64,000 nucleotides of DNA from Spirochaetia bacterium. Lineage in GTDB: Bacteria > Spirochaetota > Spirochaetia > CADAEX01. A program made the position numbers and the translations under genes. Every line of letters starts with the position of its first letter. Position 1 is the first letter of the stretch. The stretch lies in contig OY759746.1 in assembly GCA_963662795.1 (NCBI GenBank), positions 1,952,001 through 2,016,000 on the forward strand. The letters are read 5' to 3'. The notes below the pieces were generated by a model. It worked only from the letters and a program-made list of their open reading frames with translations, searched no databases and was not told the DNA's origin. This document shows, in pieces, positions 19,378 through 30,219 of the stretch.

Positions 19378-19961
19378 AAAATAAAACTCGTGGATTTATA
19401 ATAATTGTAGGTATTATTCTAAGTGTAATGATTTTCTTTGCTTGCATCACAATTAATTATTGGAATATCGTAAAAAACAGTTTTTTTTCATATACGTTAA
19501 GCGATTTATTTGAATTAATTGTTACAATGGTTATTGGCCTTGTTGTAGCTGTATATTTCACTGTCGCAATGAATAGTTCGAGCAAAAGATTGGAAATAAT
19601 AATAGAAAATATTGGTATGCTTCAAGAATATTATAAAAATATTATAACAAATTATACAAAAAATTGTAATAAAAAATTAGACAAATGTAGTAAGGATTAT
19701 ATTATAAGAGTATTTCGAATGGCATCAAACGAATATGTTAATATTAAAGAATATTTAGAATATGAAAAAATATTCACTAAAGATATAAATGACATATATT
19801 TAATAATACAGAGTAATCATTTCGTTTTTAAAGAGCGAATAACAGATGAACCATTTTCTGATGACTTTATAATTAAAGAAAAAGAAATTAACTTAGCTTC
19901 AGAAAGTTATTATATAATAAAACAAAATATTCAAAAATTAAAAATGTGTCTTTATAAATAA
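19374..19961 (+). CDS. Hypothetical 2-TM protein
   Basis: Coupled ORF, two hydrophobic helices. Confidence 0.7.
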   Translation: MKNKTRGFIIIVGIILSVMIFFACITINYWNIVKNSFFSYTLSDLFELIVTMVIGLVVAVYFTVAMNSSSKRLEIIIENIGMLQEYYKNIITNYTKNCNKKLDKCSKDYIIRVFRMASNEYVNIKEYLEYEKIFTKDINDIYLIIQSNHFVFKERITDEPFSDDFIIKEKEINLASESYYIIKQNIQKLKMCLYK

Positions 19962-20012
19962 TATTTACAAAAATAATAAAAAAATATATATAACAATAGT
20001 CATTTAAAAATA

Positions 20013-20304
20013 GTCCGGCCTTGGCTTCCAGCCGTACGGCTCGGGCAAGAAGCCTGGCCACTCCGTATAACAGCGATTATTTCGCTGCGCTCCCTTTGGT
20101 CGCTTGGGCTCCTGCCAGTTGAGCTGGCAGATCGCCATATTTTGTTTTCATAAAACCAGAACGACATGTATTCTATGCTTTTTATGTTTGAAAAATCAAA
20201 TAAATGTATTTTAGAGTTTAGCCACAAAACATCGAATAATCGCGAGACGTTATCCACAATGCCCCCACAAGAGAAAATCGCCCGGACCTCCGGCCGACGG
20301 GCGA
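20013..20304. repeat. Junction R13 (F; beta; A)
   Basis: TAAC 20068, GTT 20249. Confidence 0.9.
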
Positions 20305-20361
20305 GGGAAAAGGTGTAAAAAAATTATTTTATAATTATTATTAATTAAAGGAGCAAATAAA

Positions 20362-20577
20362 ATGTTTCTTATAATTGATATATTAATTGGAATATATTTT
20401 CCTAAAATAGCAATTGCATTAGGATTGTTTGGAATAATTTCAACTATTCCTGTTGCACTTATTAATGCAGCAAAGAATAAGATGGATCCCACTGTTTCAA
20501 TGTGGGTTTCAAAAACTTTTTGGTGGTCATTACCTCTACTTATCACTGGTATTATTAAGCTATCTTTCTATGGCTAA
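20362..20577 (+). CDS. Small membrane protein
   Basis: AGGAG RBS, hydrophobic 71 aa. Confidence 0.55.
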   Translation: MFLIIDILIGIYFPKIAIALGLFGIISTIPVALINAAKNKMDPTVSMWVSKTFWWSLPLLITGIIKLSFYG

Positions 20578-20633
20578 TAATAAATAATTTTAAGAAATTT
20601 TGAACAAATAACATAAAGCTGTATAATTTAAAT

Positions 20634-21515
20634 ATGAATAAAAAAATATTAATAATTTTATTATTAATGTGTTCCTCTAATTTGTATTGCCAAAACTATA
20701 AAACTATTACAATTCCTGAAATCGAAATACCTGAGATATATTTACCTGCTATTTATGTACCTGCTAGAATAATTCCAGGATTTGTAACTAAAAATGGTAT
20801 TGTTATTGATGAAATATATATACCTGAAATAAATATACCAGCAGTATTAATTCCAAAAGCTTCGACTAAAGCAAGAACAATTGTAATTCCTGATTATTCA
20901 TTAATAACTCGAGAACAAGTTGAAAAATATTTAAGATTATTTGACAAGAATGCTCAGCGGTTAAAACCATTATCATATCAGTATATGTCAGCTCAGGAGC
21001 GTAATGAAGCTTTCCGAGTTGTTTCACCTTATGTAAATATTTATATTCTAAAAATGTTTTCCTCTGCTGATATTGATAATTCAGGGACATTATCATTAAA
21101 TGAGCTTATATATTTTCAAAATCAATTATCAAAGAACTATACTTATCAGAATAATAATACAGCTTTAAGGCCTGATGCTTTTATAAAAAATGGTGGAGGG
21201 GATTGTGAAGACTGGGCATTATTAACAGCTGCTTTTTGTTTATATTGGGGATGGGATGCATATATTGGTTGTTTTTATGGTGATTCAAACATTGGCCATG
21301 CTCTTTGTCTTGTAAAATACCCATTTAATGTTCCGAAGGACTTTATTTCATGGAAAATTGATAAATCAGAAACAGCTGAAGGAGATATCATACAAAATGG
21401 GAATTATATTCCAGTTGATTATAATTACGTAGGCTCGTTTTCAAATGCAATACAAGCAGGAATGAAATTGAAATATGTATGTACACCAGAAAAAATGTAT
21501 AATCTGCCATTTTAA
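20634..21515 (+). CDS. Secreted transglutaminase-like cysteine protein with EF-hand and PxI repeats
   Basis: GDCEDWA, GHA, DIDNSGTLSLNE; IPEIxIP repeats. Confidence 0.7.
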   Translation: MNKKILIILLLMCSSNLYCQNYKTITIPEIEIPEIYLPAIYVPARIIPGFVTKNGIVIDEIYIPEINIPAVLIPKASTKARTIVIPDYSLITREQVEKYLRLFDKNAQRLKPLSYQYMSAQERNEAFRVVSPYVNIYILKMFSSADIDNSGTLSLNELIYFQNQLSKNYTYQNNNTALRPDAFIKNGGGDCEDWALLTAAFCLYWGWDAYIGCFYGDSNIGHALCLVKYPFNVPKDFISWKIDKSETAEGDIIQNGNYIPVDYNYVGSFSNAIQAGMKLKYVCTPEKMYNLPF

Positions 21516-21534
21516 TACTAAAGGAAGTGGATTC

Positions 21535-21948
21535 ATGAGAAAAATATTTTTTATATTCATATTCTTAAATATTACAAACTTTCTGATAGCCCAAACTAAT
21601 ACTGAAAATAAACAGAATCAAGCAATAGCCGATGCACTTCGTAGAATAGCAGAAACCAATAACAAAATTGAAAACATTATTTATGATGGGATGACATATC
21701 TTGATGTCATACTAATATTAAATCAGAAATTTGATATTAATCATGATACAAATTGGTTAATTCAATTTGGTCTTCAATACCAATATACTAGCTATCATAG
21801 TAATTATGTGATTTTTTGGACTGATTCTGCAAGATGGGAAAATGCTGAATACGAAATAAAATTGAAAAAAACTATTTCGCATAATCCAGTTGTTATTGGT
21901 TATGCTAATATAAACGATAAAAAATTAAAACATAATGTCTTAAGATAA
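21535..21948 (+). CDS. Secreted hypothetical protein
   Basis: Signal peptide MRKIFFIF..IAQ after AAGGAAG. Confidence 0.6.
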   Translation: MRKIFFIFIFLNITNFLIAQTNTENKQNQAIADALRRIAETNNKIENIIYDGMTYLDVILILNQKFDINHDTNWLIQFGLQYQYTSYHSNYVIFWTDSARWENAEYEIKLKKTISHNPVVIGYANINDKKLKHNVLR

Positions 21949-21986
21949 AAGTGTTGTTTGCATAATGTATAGCATTATGTTTGTAG

Positions 21987-22769
21987 GTGTATAATATGGA
22001 AATATTTTATATAGTTATAATCATTATTGTTATTGTAATAATTCCGATGTCATTAATTTTAAGTCCTTTTGCCGTATACTCTAGGGCTGTTTTAAAAAAC
22101 TATAAGATGCAATTTGGAACAGAATTATCAAATGTTGATAAAGAAAAAATATATATAATTAAGAAAATGAAAGAAGATGGATTAACTCCTATGGATGCTA
22201 GTTGTTTATTGGCTACTTATTATAATTACGGACCAAATGAATTCTCAATTCATTATAATGCAATAAAAGACGGGAGGAAATACGATCAACCATGTAAAGG
22301 TTATAATGATACGAATAGTATTATTTATCAACAATTACCGTGTCTATTAAAAGATGCATACGAAAAAATGTTGCATGAGGCAATATCTTCATTTATGCAA
22401 TTTTGTTTAGATAACAATATAAAACATTGTAAAAATGTTGAAATCGAGATGAAGTATTTGTTTTATTTTATTTTTGATATATCAATTGCCTCAATACTTG
22501 AAAAAGAAAAAAGTAATTATGTCAGAGATAAATTTATTGATTCTTTAAAAATACCTGTAGAAAAAAGAGAAGAAATGGCTAACAGAACAATTGAATATTT
22601 TGAAGAAATTAAAAACAATAAAGATATTGAAATAAGAAATGCAGCTATTGGAAATGTTTTTGCAAAACATATTGGATTAATGTTTGATTTATTAGTCATT
22701 ACTTGGGCTTTTAATATTTTTAATAACTGCACAAGTGCAATAGAAAAAACATTACAAAAAAATATATAA
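21987..22769 (+). CDS. Hypothetical protein with N-terminal TM
   Basis: 260-aa ORF. Confidence 0.65.
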   Translation: MYNMEIFYIVIIIIVIVIIPMSLILSPFAVYSRAVLKNYKMQFGTELSNVDKEKIYIIKKMKEDGLTPMDASCLLATYYNYGPNEFSIHYNAIKDGRKYDQPCKGYNDTNSIIYQQLPCLLKDAYEKMLHEAISSFMQFCLDNNIKHCKNVEIEMKYLFYFIFDISIASILEKEKSNYVRDKFIDSLKIPVEKREEMANRTIEYFEEIKNNKDIEIRNAAIGNVFAKHIGLMFDLLVITWAFNIFNNCTSAIEKTLQKNI

Positions 22770-22807
22770 ACTATACAAGTAGAGTAATTATCTGACACTT
22801 TAAAGAA

Positions 22808-23083
22808 GTCCGGCCTTGGCTTCCAGCCGTGCGGCCTGGACAAGAAGTGGGGGCACTAGTGGATAACAGCGGTTCAAGCGCTGCGCTCGGTTTACCTCGC
22901 TTGGGCTTCGCCAAACATCGTAAGCTTGAAACTACGACTTTGAGAAACAACAAGTTTTTTGAAGAAAGAAATTACATCATAATATTAAATATTCTTGGTC
23001 TACGATGCTTCGCTTAACCGCGGGACGTTATGCTCAATACCAGCCGCAAGAGGAAATCGCCCGGACCTCCGGCCAACGGGCGA
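22808..23083. repeat. Junction R14 (A; alpha'; G)
   Basis: TAAC 22864, GTT 23027. Confidence 0.9.
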
Positions 23084-23206
23084 GGAGTTGCGGTAAATTA
23101 TTATAACTTATGTAAAGTAGCTGGCTATAAAATCTGATAAATGATCTTTAAATAATTCATTTAAAAATTGAAAAAATATAGTGCAAACTAATATTATAAA
23201 ATTGAT

Positions 23207-23235
23207 TTGACAATGTACCATAAAAGTGGTACATT
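23207..23235 (+). promoter_or_regulatory. sigma70 promoter + operator for RelE/HTH TA pair
   Basis: TTGACA-N17-TACATT; IR AATGTACCA-N6-TGGTACATT. Confidence 0.75.
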
Positions 23236-23240
23236 AAAGC

Positions 23241-23606
23241 GTGAATAAACAAGATTGTACTGTTTATATCGGACAATGTTTTACTATTGAATGGTATTAT
23301 GATTCAACAGGTTATAGCCAAGCTTTTGAGTATTTTAAATCGACAAGTCAAGCCCAAAAGCGAAAATTCTTTGTTCTGGTAAAGCGAATAGCTGAATTTG
23401 GGAAGATAATGGATATAACCAAATTCAGAAATGAGGGAAATGAAATATATGCATTCAAACCACAACCAGATCGATATTTATGCTTTTTCATGAAGGGGAA
23501 AAAGATAATAATAACAAATGGTTTCAGTAAACGAACTGATAAGCTACCAAAGAAGGAAAAAGAAAAAAGTATAAAAGCAATGGAAGATTACAAACAAGGA
23601 AGGTAG
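23241..23606 (+). CDS. RelE/ParE (Gp49/HigB-like) toxin
   Basis: IYAFKPQPDRYLCFF..IIITNGFSKRT.KLP. Confidence 0.8.
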   Translation: MNKQDCTVYIGQCFTIEWYYDSTGYSQAFEYFKSTSQAQKRKFFVLVKRIAEFGKIMDITKFRNEGNEIYAFKPQPDRYLCFFMKGKKIIITNGFSKRTDKLPKKEKEKSIKAMEDYKQGR

Positions 23607-23610
23607 AAAA

Positions 23611-23880
23611 ATGGAAACAACTTTTGATAAATATATAAATAATGATCCCAAAGAACGTGAAAAATTTGATAGAGAATATGCGGATTTTCTTCTTTCTGAA
23701 TTTGTTCTCGAAAAAATGGATCAAGAGAATCTTACTGTCAGAGGATTAGCAAAAAAAGCTGGTGTATCTCCAACAATAATTCAGAAAATCAGAAGCAAAA
23801 ATGCAGAAAAAATTAATTATAGAACTTTTTCAAGTGTACTCAATTCACTTGGTTATAAAATAAATATTGAAAAAATCTGA
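23611..23880 (+). CDS. XRE-family HTH antitoxin
   Basis: LTVRGLAKKAGVSPTIIQKI; downstream of toxin. Confidence 0.8.
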   Translation: METTFDKYINNDPKEREKFDREYADFLLSEFVLEKMDQENLTVRGLAKKAGVSPTIIQKIRSKNAEKINYRTFSSVLNSLGYKINIEKI

Positions 23881-23986
23881 TTATATTTTATTCCAACAAT
23901 AGATTTATCCGAAAGGCAATGAAAAGCATTTTTTCATTTATATGAATATCATTATGAAATAAGTAACACACAAAAAAAGAAAAGAA

Positions 23987-24259
23987 GTCCAGCCTTGGCG
24001 TTGCCGTGCGGCTTGGACAAGAAGCGGCTGGTACTGGAGCATAACAGAGGATAATTCGCTGCGCTCGGAGTACCTCGCTTGGCCTGCGGCACACATCGCA
24101 GGTTTTAAACTATAACTTCAATAAATAACCAGTTCTGGTTGAAAAATAGTTCAGCTATTAGATAATAATGCTATATCTACGATGCGTCGCTTATCCTCAG
24201 GACGTTATCCACAATATCATCGCAAGATGAGATCGCCCGGACCTCCGGCCCACGGGCGA
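23987..24259. repeat. Junction R15 (G; alpha; B)
   Basis: TAAC 24042, GTT 24204. Confidence 0.9.
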
Positions 24260-24320
24260 AGAGATTATTATTGCAAACAAAACAATTATACTTTTATAAT
24301 AAAGAATAAAGGAAATAGAA

Positions 24321-25394
24321 ATGAATTACAGTCCAAAGATTAAACTGATTTCAGATAAGAATGATTTAAATATAGTATCATTTATTGTTCTCATCCTTTC
24401 AGATATTTTTATAAGCATTATTTTATTTTATGGATTAAGCCAGCAAATTGAGCAGTTTACTGATGAATACAAGTATTTCCCGTATGAATACAGAAACATA
24501 TTGATTGATAAAAACTGGGTAGAAAACAATATAATTGAAAAGACAGCAGAGCATATACTATCAAGAAAAAGAGCTACCTATGAAAAAATAAATATTGAAT
24601 ATAAATTACATCCAAAATGTCAGGAAATTGAAGATGTATTTAAAGAAATTGAAAATGACAATAATTTAGTACTTTCTCTAGAAGAATATGAAAGGCTGTC
24701 AAATAACTATTATACACTTAATAAAGCAGAAAAAGAATCTGAAGCAGGAGAAAGACTACAGGAGGAAATAGTTACTGCTGAGAAGCGGTTAAAAGAAGAA
24801 CAAAAAATTAATAATCTTATTGAAACAGTTTTTAGGCTTCAGAAGTATGACTTTACGAAAGATATAATCAGATTCAGAAAAGTATTTGCTTTAAAAAGAA
24901 CAATATTTGATTTTATTTTTCTCTTACCTGTATTGGTTGGTTTTATATATTGGAACAGAAGAGCATTTAAAGCAGAATCATATATACAGGTAATTGTCAG
25001 CTCGCATTATATAATAGTTGCATTCTTACCAATATTTTTTGAAATAATCCGCCTTGTAATTGAGGTTATTCCAAAAATATTATTGAAAACAATTTACGAT
25101 TTTCTGCTAAAACTAAATTTAATAACATTATGGTATTATGTAGTGCTCTTGCTCTCAGTATTTTTCATTATTTTTATTATATGGTTTTTACAGACAAAGA
25201 TATTTACAAAAGAGAAATATAGTATAAAACAATATGAAAAGAGTAAATGCATTATTTGCAATACTCGAGTTGATTACTCAAATAATAATTGTCCGGCATG
25301 TGGAGCATTATTAAAAGTTAAATGCAAAAATTGTGGAAAGGAAACTATAAATAATCTTCCATACTGTATTAATTGCGGTAGTAAAAATATTTGA
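24321..25394 (+). CDS. Membrane protein with C-terminal double zinc ribbon
   Basis: Several TMs; four CxxC pairs. Confidence 0.75.
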   Translation: MNYSPKIKLISDKNDLNIVSFIVLILSDIFISIILFYGLSQQIEQFTDEYKYFPYEYRNILIDKNWVENNIIEKTAEHILSRKRATYEKINIEYKLHPKCQEIEDVFKEIENDNNLVLSLEEYERLSNNYYTLNKAEKESEAGERLQEEIVTAEKRLKEEQKINNLIETVFRLQKYDFTKDIIRFRKVFALKRTIFDFIFLLPVLVGFIYWNRRAFKAESYIQVIVSSHYIIVAFLPIFFEIIRLVIEVIPKILLKTIYDFLLKLNLITLWYYVVLLLSVFFIIFIIWFLQTKIFTKEKYSIKQYEKSKCIICNTRVDYSNNNCPACGALLKVKCKNCGKETINNLPYCINCGSKNI

Positions 25395-25420
25395 GAGAAA
25401 CTGGGTGCCTTGAAAAAGAA

Positions 25421-25691
25421 GTCCGGCCTTGGCGGTGCCGTGCGGCCTGGACAAGAAGCGATGATACTGGTGGATAACAGAGGATAATGCGCTTCGCTCC
25501 CTTTGGTCGCTTGGGCTTCGCCACACATCGTAGGTTTTGAACTACATTGTTTAGAAACAACAGGCTTTAAAAGAGACAAATTACAACTTTGGAATATTCA
25601 TTCTTGGGCTACGATGCGTCGCTTATCCTCGGGACGTTATACGAAAAATCCCAGCAAGAGAACATCGCCCGGACCTCCGGCCAACGGGCGA
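25421..25691. repeat. Junction R16 (B; alpha; I)
   Basis: TAAC 25475, GTT 25636. Confidence 0.9.
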
Positions 25692-25740
25692 ATATAGCAA
25701 AATATTTATATTTTAACGAATAGAAATAACTTGAAAATGA

Positions 25741-26106
25741 TTATAGCAATTCTTCAAGAATATTTTTTTTTACAATTTCAATATTATTATTAATTTCACA
25801 TTCCCATAATATTAAAACTTTCCATCCCATACCTTTAAGAGTTTCATAATTTCTTAAATCACGTTTCATATTATTATCTAGTTTTTTATTCCAAAAAGTT
25901 ATATTTGTTTTTGGTCTTAATGACTTTGGGCAATTCTTATGTTGATGCCAAAAACACCCATTAATAAAAATTGCTATCTTTTTACTTGGAAAGACAATAT
26001 CAGGTTTACCTGGAAGTTTTGAATAATGAATATAATATCTAAATTTATTATTAAAAAGCCACTTCCGAATTATTAATTCAGGTGTTGTGCTTTTATCTTT
26101 ATAGAT
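25741..26106 (-). CDS. vsr: Very short patch repair endonuclease (no canonical start; ATC start or truncated)
   Basis: Manual translation: STTPELIIRKWL..LPGKPDIVF..FINGCFWHQH..FWNKKL..GWKVLILWECE; absent from ORF track. Confidence 0.85.
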   Translation of the reverse strand: MYKDKSTTPELIIRKWLFNNKFRYYIHYSKLPGKPDIVFPSKKIAIFINGCFWHQHKNCPKSLRPKTNITFWNKKLDNNMKRDLRNYETLKGMGWKVLILWECEINNNIEIVKKNILEELL

Positions 26107-26218
26107 GTTTTTCTCCTTGAAAATTCTTGAAAAAAAGCATTTAAAGCTTTACAATTGTATAGTATAATATTTTAATAAATATTGTTATAAATAACAAGTC
26201 CTATATAAGGGGATTGAT

Positions 26219-27382
26219 ATGGAAGCTAATTTTCCCGGGTTGGGGCTAATAAGTAGAGGTTACTACTATCCTTGGCAAGAAGAAGTAAAGAAAATTGCTA
26301 ATAATAATAAAAAAACATTAATTGAGACTTTTTCTGGTCCTGGTGGCATGAGTTTAGGTTTGGAGTGGGCTGGTTTTGATTTAAAATTAGCTTTTGATTA
26401 TGATAAAATGTCTGTTGAAACTCATAATAAAAATCTTGGCAATAAATGTTTACAGCTTGATGCACGCGATGTTTCTGGTAATTTTATATTAAATAAAACA
26501 AAGCTGAAAGGAGGAGATATTGATCTTGTTTCAGGCGGCCCCCCCTGTCAAGGATTTTCTAAACAAAAACGAGGAGCACATTTAGGTGATTCTCGTAATG
26601 AATTAGTTGATGAATATATTAGAATTATTCGAGAATTAAACCCTAGGTTTTTTTTATTTGAAAATGTTGCTATTTTTGGACAAAAAAGAGGAAAAAAGCA
26701 TATTGAAAATATGCTTTCATATTTTAATGATTATGATCTTAATCCGGCATTTTATAATGCAGCAAATTATGGACTACCACAAACTAGGCAAAGGTATATT
26801 ATTGTTGGAAAGAGAAAAGATATAAAAACTGCATATGAAATTCCATTACCGACTGTTGACAAATGGTTAACTATTGCTGATGTTTTTAAAGATTTACCAG
26901 AACCACCAGAGGATTATACTGAACATTCTAAATACCCAAATCATCAGAGAGCAAAAGTGACTGGTTTAAACATACATAGATTTCGCTTTGTCCCACAGGG
27001 GGGTGGTTGGCAGGATATTCCAATTGAATTACGTTTAAAATGTCATCGAGTTGCTGATACTAAATCAGGGGGTTGGCCTGATGTCTATGGAAGATTAGAA
27101 TGGAATGGACAATGTCCAACTATTACTGGGGGATTTGATAGTTTTACCCGTGGTCGTTATGGACATCCTTTTCATGATAGACCGATTACTCCAAGAGAAG
27201 CAGCAAGAATTCAAGGTTTTCCTGACTCATTTATTTTTCTAGGAACAAGAGGTGATATACGTTCACAAATTGGGAATGTAGTACCACCTCCTCTTGCTGA
27301 AGCTATTGGGTTGTCTATACTTAGAACATTATTTATAGAAGATGGATTAATTAATAAAGCTACTGAACGACTTGTTGTTTAA
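26219..27382 (+). CDS. DNA cytosine-5 methyltransferase
   Basis: FSGPGG, GGPPCQGFS, ENV, QTRQR, REAARIQGFP, IGNVVPP. Confidence 0.93.
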   Translation: MEANFPGLGLISRGYYYPWQEEVKKIANNNKKTLIETFSGPGGMSLGLEWAGFDLKLAFDYDKMSVETHNKNLGNKCLQLDARDVSGNFILNKTKLKGGDIDLVSGGPPCQGFSKQKRGAHLGDSRNELVDEYIRIIRELNPRFFLFENVAIFGQKRGKKHIENMLSYFNDYDLNPAFYNAANYGLPQTRQRYIIVGKRKDIKTAYEIPLPTVDKWLTIADVFKDLPEPPEDYTEHSKYPNHQRAKVTGLNIHRFRFVPQGGGWQDIPIELRLKCHRVADTKSGGWPDVYGRLEWNGQCPTITGGFDSFTRGRYGHPFHDRPITPREAARIQGFPDSFIFLGTRGDIRSQIGNVVPPPLAEAIGLSILRTLFIEDGLINKATERLVV

Positions 27383-28269
27383 CTCATTAATTGTTCACGT
27401 TCTTTAAAAAACATACCAAGTGGATGAACATGAATAGGAGGATACCACTTGTTCATTTCTTTGTATTTTTCTGGAAGATCTAAATAATATACTCTTTTCA
27501 TTTGAGCTATGAACAATTGATAAATTCGCCATTGATCTGGAAGACATATTTCAGTAACTTCAAGTTTTCTTTGATCAACTTTTGTCTCACTTAAACATGT
27601 CAATAATCCTAAGAACCGACCATTTCCATATATCCCGTCCAGTACACGTTGATGAGCCCAAACTTGAATTACTCTTTCACGAGTTGAAGTTTTTACTGGT
27701 ACATGATATTTAGGCTTATTATAACCAAGGTCAAATATAAAATCTGTTGGAAGTTTTGAATTTAAATTATCAATATTTAATACTTCCACCTGTTTCCTTG
27801 GAGTAATACCTAAATTTGTAGAAAAAAGTTGACCCATAAAGTATTCAAAAAAGGTACCAGGTGTTTTCTGATCATTTGATTTAATCAGATCTATTGCACT
27901 GCAAAAGGAGATTGCAATTTTATAACAAATATTAGTAATTTCATCAGCAGTATAAGCTTCTATGTCATTTGTTTTTATTTTATCAATAAATATTCTTATA
28001 CTATTATCATCAACATTTATTAAGTTTTTATTTATTGCCCTAGTTCGATGATTATTGTTTTCATAGCATATATATTCTTTATTTGGAATTAAAGATTTTA
28101 AATTGATTAATTTTGATTTTGATAATAGTAATCTACTTTCATGATAAATATCAAAAATAATATCATATATATGACTTTGTCCTTCATTGCCATGAAATGA
28201 TTTTTTTAATTTATTATAATTTACTATTAGCTTTTTTTCCATAATTATAATATCGGTTGTTAATTTCAA
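27379..28269 (-). CDS. Type II restriction endonuclease, probably CCGG-core family
   Basis: PTDFIFD..VKTSTRER motif; convergent with MTase. Confidence 0.75.
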   Translation of the reverse strand: MKLTTDIIIMEKKLIVNYNKLKKSFHGNEGQSHIYDIIFDIYHESRLLLSKSKLINLKSLIPNKEYICYENNNHRTRAINKNLINVDDNSIRIFIDKIKTNDIEAYTADEITNICYKIAISFCSAIDLIKSNDQKTPGTFFEYFMGQLFSTNLGITPRKQVEVLNIDNLNSKLPTDFIFDLGYNKPKYHVPVKTSTRERVIQVWAHQRVLDGIYGNGRFLGLLTCLSETKVDQRKLEVTEICLPDQWRIYQLFIAQMKRVYYLDLPEKYKEMNKWYPPIHVHPLGMFFKEREQLMS

Positions 28270-28312
28270 ATTGCTTAGAGCTATAAATGAATTGAAAAAT
28301 GCGAATTATATA

Positions 28313-28582
28313 GTCCAGCCCTTGGCGTTGCCGTGCGGTCTGGACAAGAAGCTGGGATTCTTCGTATAACAGAGGATACTGCGCTTCGCTCGGAGAACCT
28401 CGCTTGGCCTTCGGCATATTTTGCATTTTTATAATCAACACAATTAATAAAATAATGTTTTCAATATTGATAAAACAAAATATTGAAGCTTTTAGTATTT
28501 TGCAAAACATCGCGTATCCTCGGGACGTTATACGTAATGGCCAGGCAAGAGAAAATCGCCCGGACCTCCGGCCGACGGGCGA
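28313..28582. repeat. Junction R17 (I; alpha; F)
   Basis: TAAC 28367, GTT 28527. Confidence 0.9.
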
Positions 28583-28643
28583 GGATATTTTAAAAAACAA
28601 TATTCCGGAGTATCATAAATAGTAATAAAGTAAGAGGTGTTTT

Positions 28644-29534
28644 ATGCCATTACCATTTGAAATAAGAAATCAAATAATACAATGCTTTGGAACATGTTTT
28701 CATTACAAAGATGTAATGGAAGCTTTTTTAATTTCTTCTGATGTTCCAAGAAAATTAGCTTCAAAATATAAAGATCAATATAAATTTGTATGGATAAAAA
28801 ATATATTAAATGAACTTGATCAAATGGATGACGGTATTGATATAGAAAGAAGGATACTCACAGCACTGTGTAAATTAAGAAAACTACCGGATAATAATGT
28901 TCCTAATCCTGATACAGGTCTTTATAATTTAAGAATAATTAAGCAATTAGCAGTAGAAAATGATTTATATGTAGAAGAACTAAAAATAAAAGAAAATCAA
29001 AAAAAAAGAATGGCCGAAGAACGAGCAAAAATAATACAAGAAAGAACAAATCTTTTAAAAACATTACATCAAGATTTTATGGATTCATTAACAAATCCTA
29101 ACAGACAAGCAGCTGGTTACACTTTAGAAGATATACTTGAGAAACTATATCCATTGTTTTCGTTGGAATATCGCAAATCATATAGAACTACTACTCAACA
29201 AATTGATGGACATTTTAAATATGAATCTTTTGATTATTTAGTAGAAGCAAAATGGCGGTCAGATCAACCAAATGAGCAAGAAATTGGTGGTTTTAAGAGA
29301 AAAGTCGATACAAAGCTTGAATCTACTCGTGGTTTCTTTTTTTCAATAAACGGATTTCGGGATGAGGTAATAAAAGAATTTGAAGGACAAGGGTGCAATA
29401 TAATATTTTTTACTGGGGAAGACTTAATACATATTTTAGAAGGGCGTATAGCTTTAGATGAAGCTATTAGAATTAAAGTTGATAAGGCAGCACAAGAAGG
29501 TATTGTTTACTATCCGATTAGCCGGATGCTATAA
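28644..29534 (+). CDS. Mrr-like restriction endonuclease domain protein
   Basis: QIDGHF..YLVEAKW..GFFFSINGF. Confidence 0.75.
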   Translation: MPLPFEIRNQIIQCFGTCFHYKDVMEAFLISSDVPRKLASKYKDQYKFVWIKNILNELDQMDDGIDIERRILTALCKLRKLPDNNVPNPDTGLYNLRIIKQLAVENDLYVEELKIKENQKKRMAEERAKIIQERTNLLKTLHQDFMDSLTNPNRQAAGYTLEDILEKLYPLFSLEYRKSYRTTTQQIDGHFKYESFDYLVEAKWRSDQPNEQEIGGFKRKVDTKLESTRGFFFSINGFRDEVIKEFEGQGCNIIFFTGEDLIHILEGRIALDEAIRIKVDKAAQEGIVYYPISRML

Positions 29535-29554
29535 ATATTATTAAAGGAAGTAAT

Positions 29555-30199
29555 TTGATGAAAAAAATATCGATCGAGTATTGTTCTCTTTTTTATTTAA
29601 ATCAATGGATTTTATATGATGAAAAGTACAATTTTGCATTAAATAATCCTAAAATAAAAGAATACGAAAAAATCAAAATATTAAAAGAAGCAAGTATTTA
29701 TTATAGAATTGCGAGGAATTTTCCTACTAAATATGATGAAAAAAAAGGATTACAAAGACTAGAACCAGTGTATGAAATAATTAAAATGGTAAAATCCAAA
29801 GAATTTAGTGATAATCCTGTAGAAAAAATACTTAGAGTAAAAGAAAAAATATCAAATAAATATGGCGGTATAAAATTACTTTCAGCTACTACAAAAATAT
29901 TATGGATAAAAATCAAGCATCCAATAATTATTTATGATTCACAGGCTGTAAATGCTCTTGGCAGTAAACCTGGAGATTTAAATGAATATTATCATAAATG
30001 GAAAGATGAATATAATATTGTAAAAAAAGAAATAAAAAATGCTTGTCTGGATTTAGAAAAAATAAATAAATATGTTGTAAATCAAAAAATAGCTACTAAA
30101 GAATATATAAGAAATATCAGTCAAAATGAATGGTTCCACGAAAGAGTTTTTGATGCTTATCTTTGGCACATTGGCGATAACTCTTCATCAGAAGTGTAA
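29555..30199 (+). CDS. Hypothetical protein (possible HhH glycosylase-like fold)
   Basis: SATTKILW..PIIIYDS..FDAYLW. Confidence 0.55.
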   Translation: MMKKISIEYCSLFYLNQWILYDEKYNFALNNPKIKEYEKIKILKEASIYYRIARNFPTKYDEKKGLQRLEPVYEIIKMVKSKEFSDNPVEKILRVKEKISNKYGGIKLLSATTKILWIKIKHPIIIYDSQAVNALGSKPGDLNEYYHKWKDEYNIVKKEIKNACLDLEKINKYVVNQKIATKEYIRNISQNEWFHERVFDAYLWHIGDNSSSEV

Positions 30200-30219
30200 A
30201 ACTTGAAATTGTAATTTTA

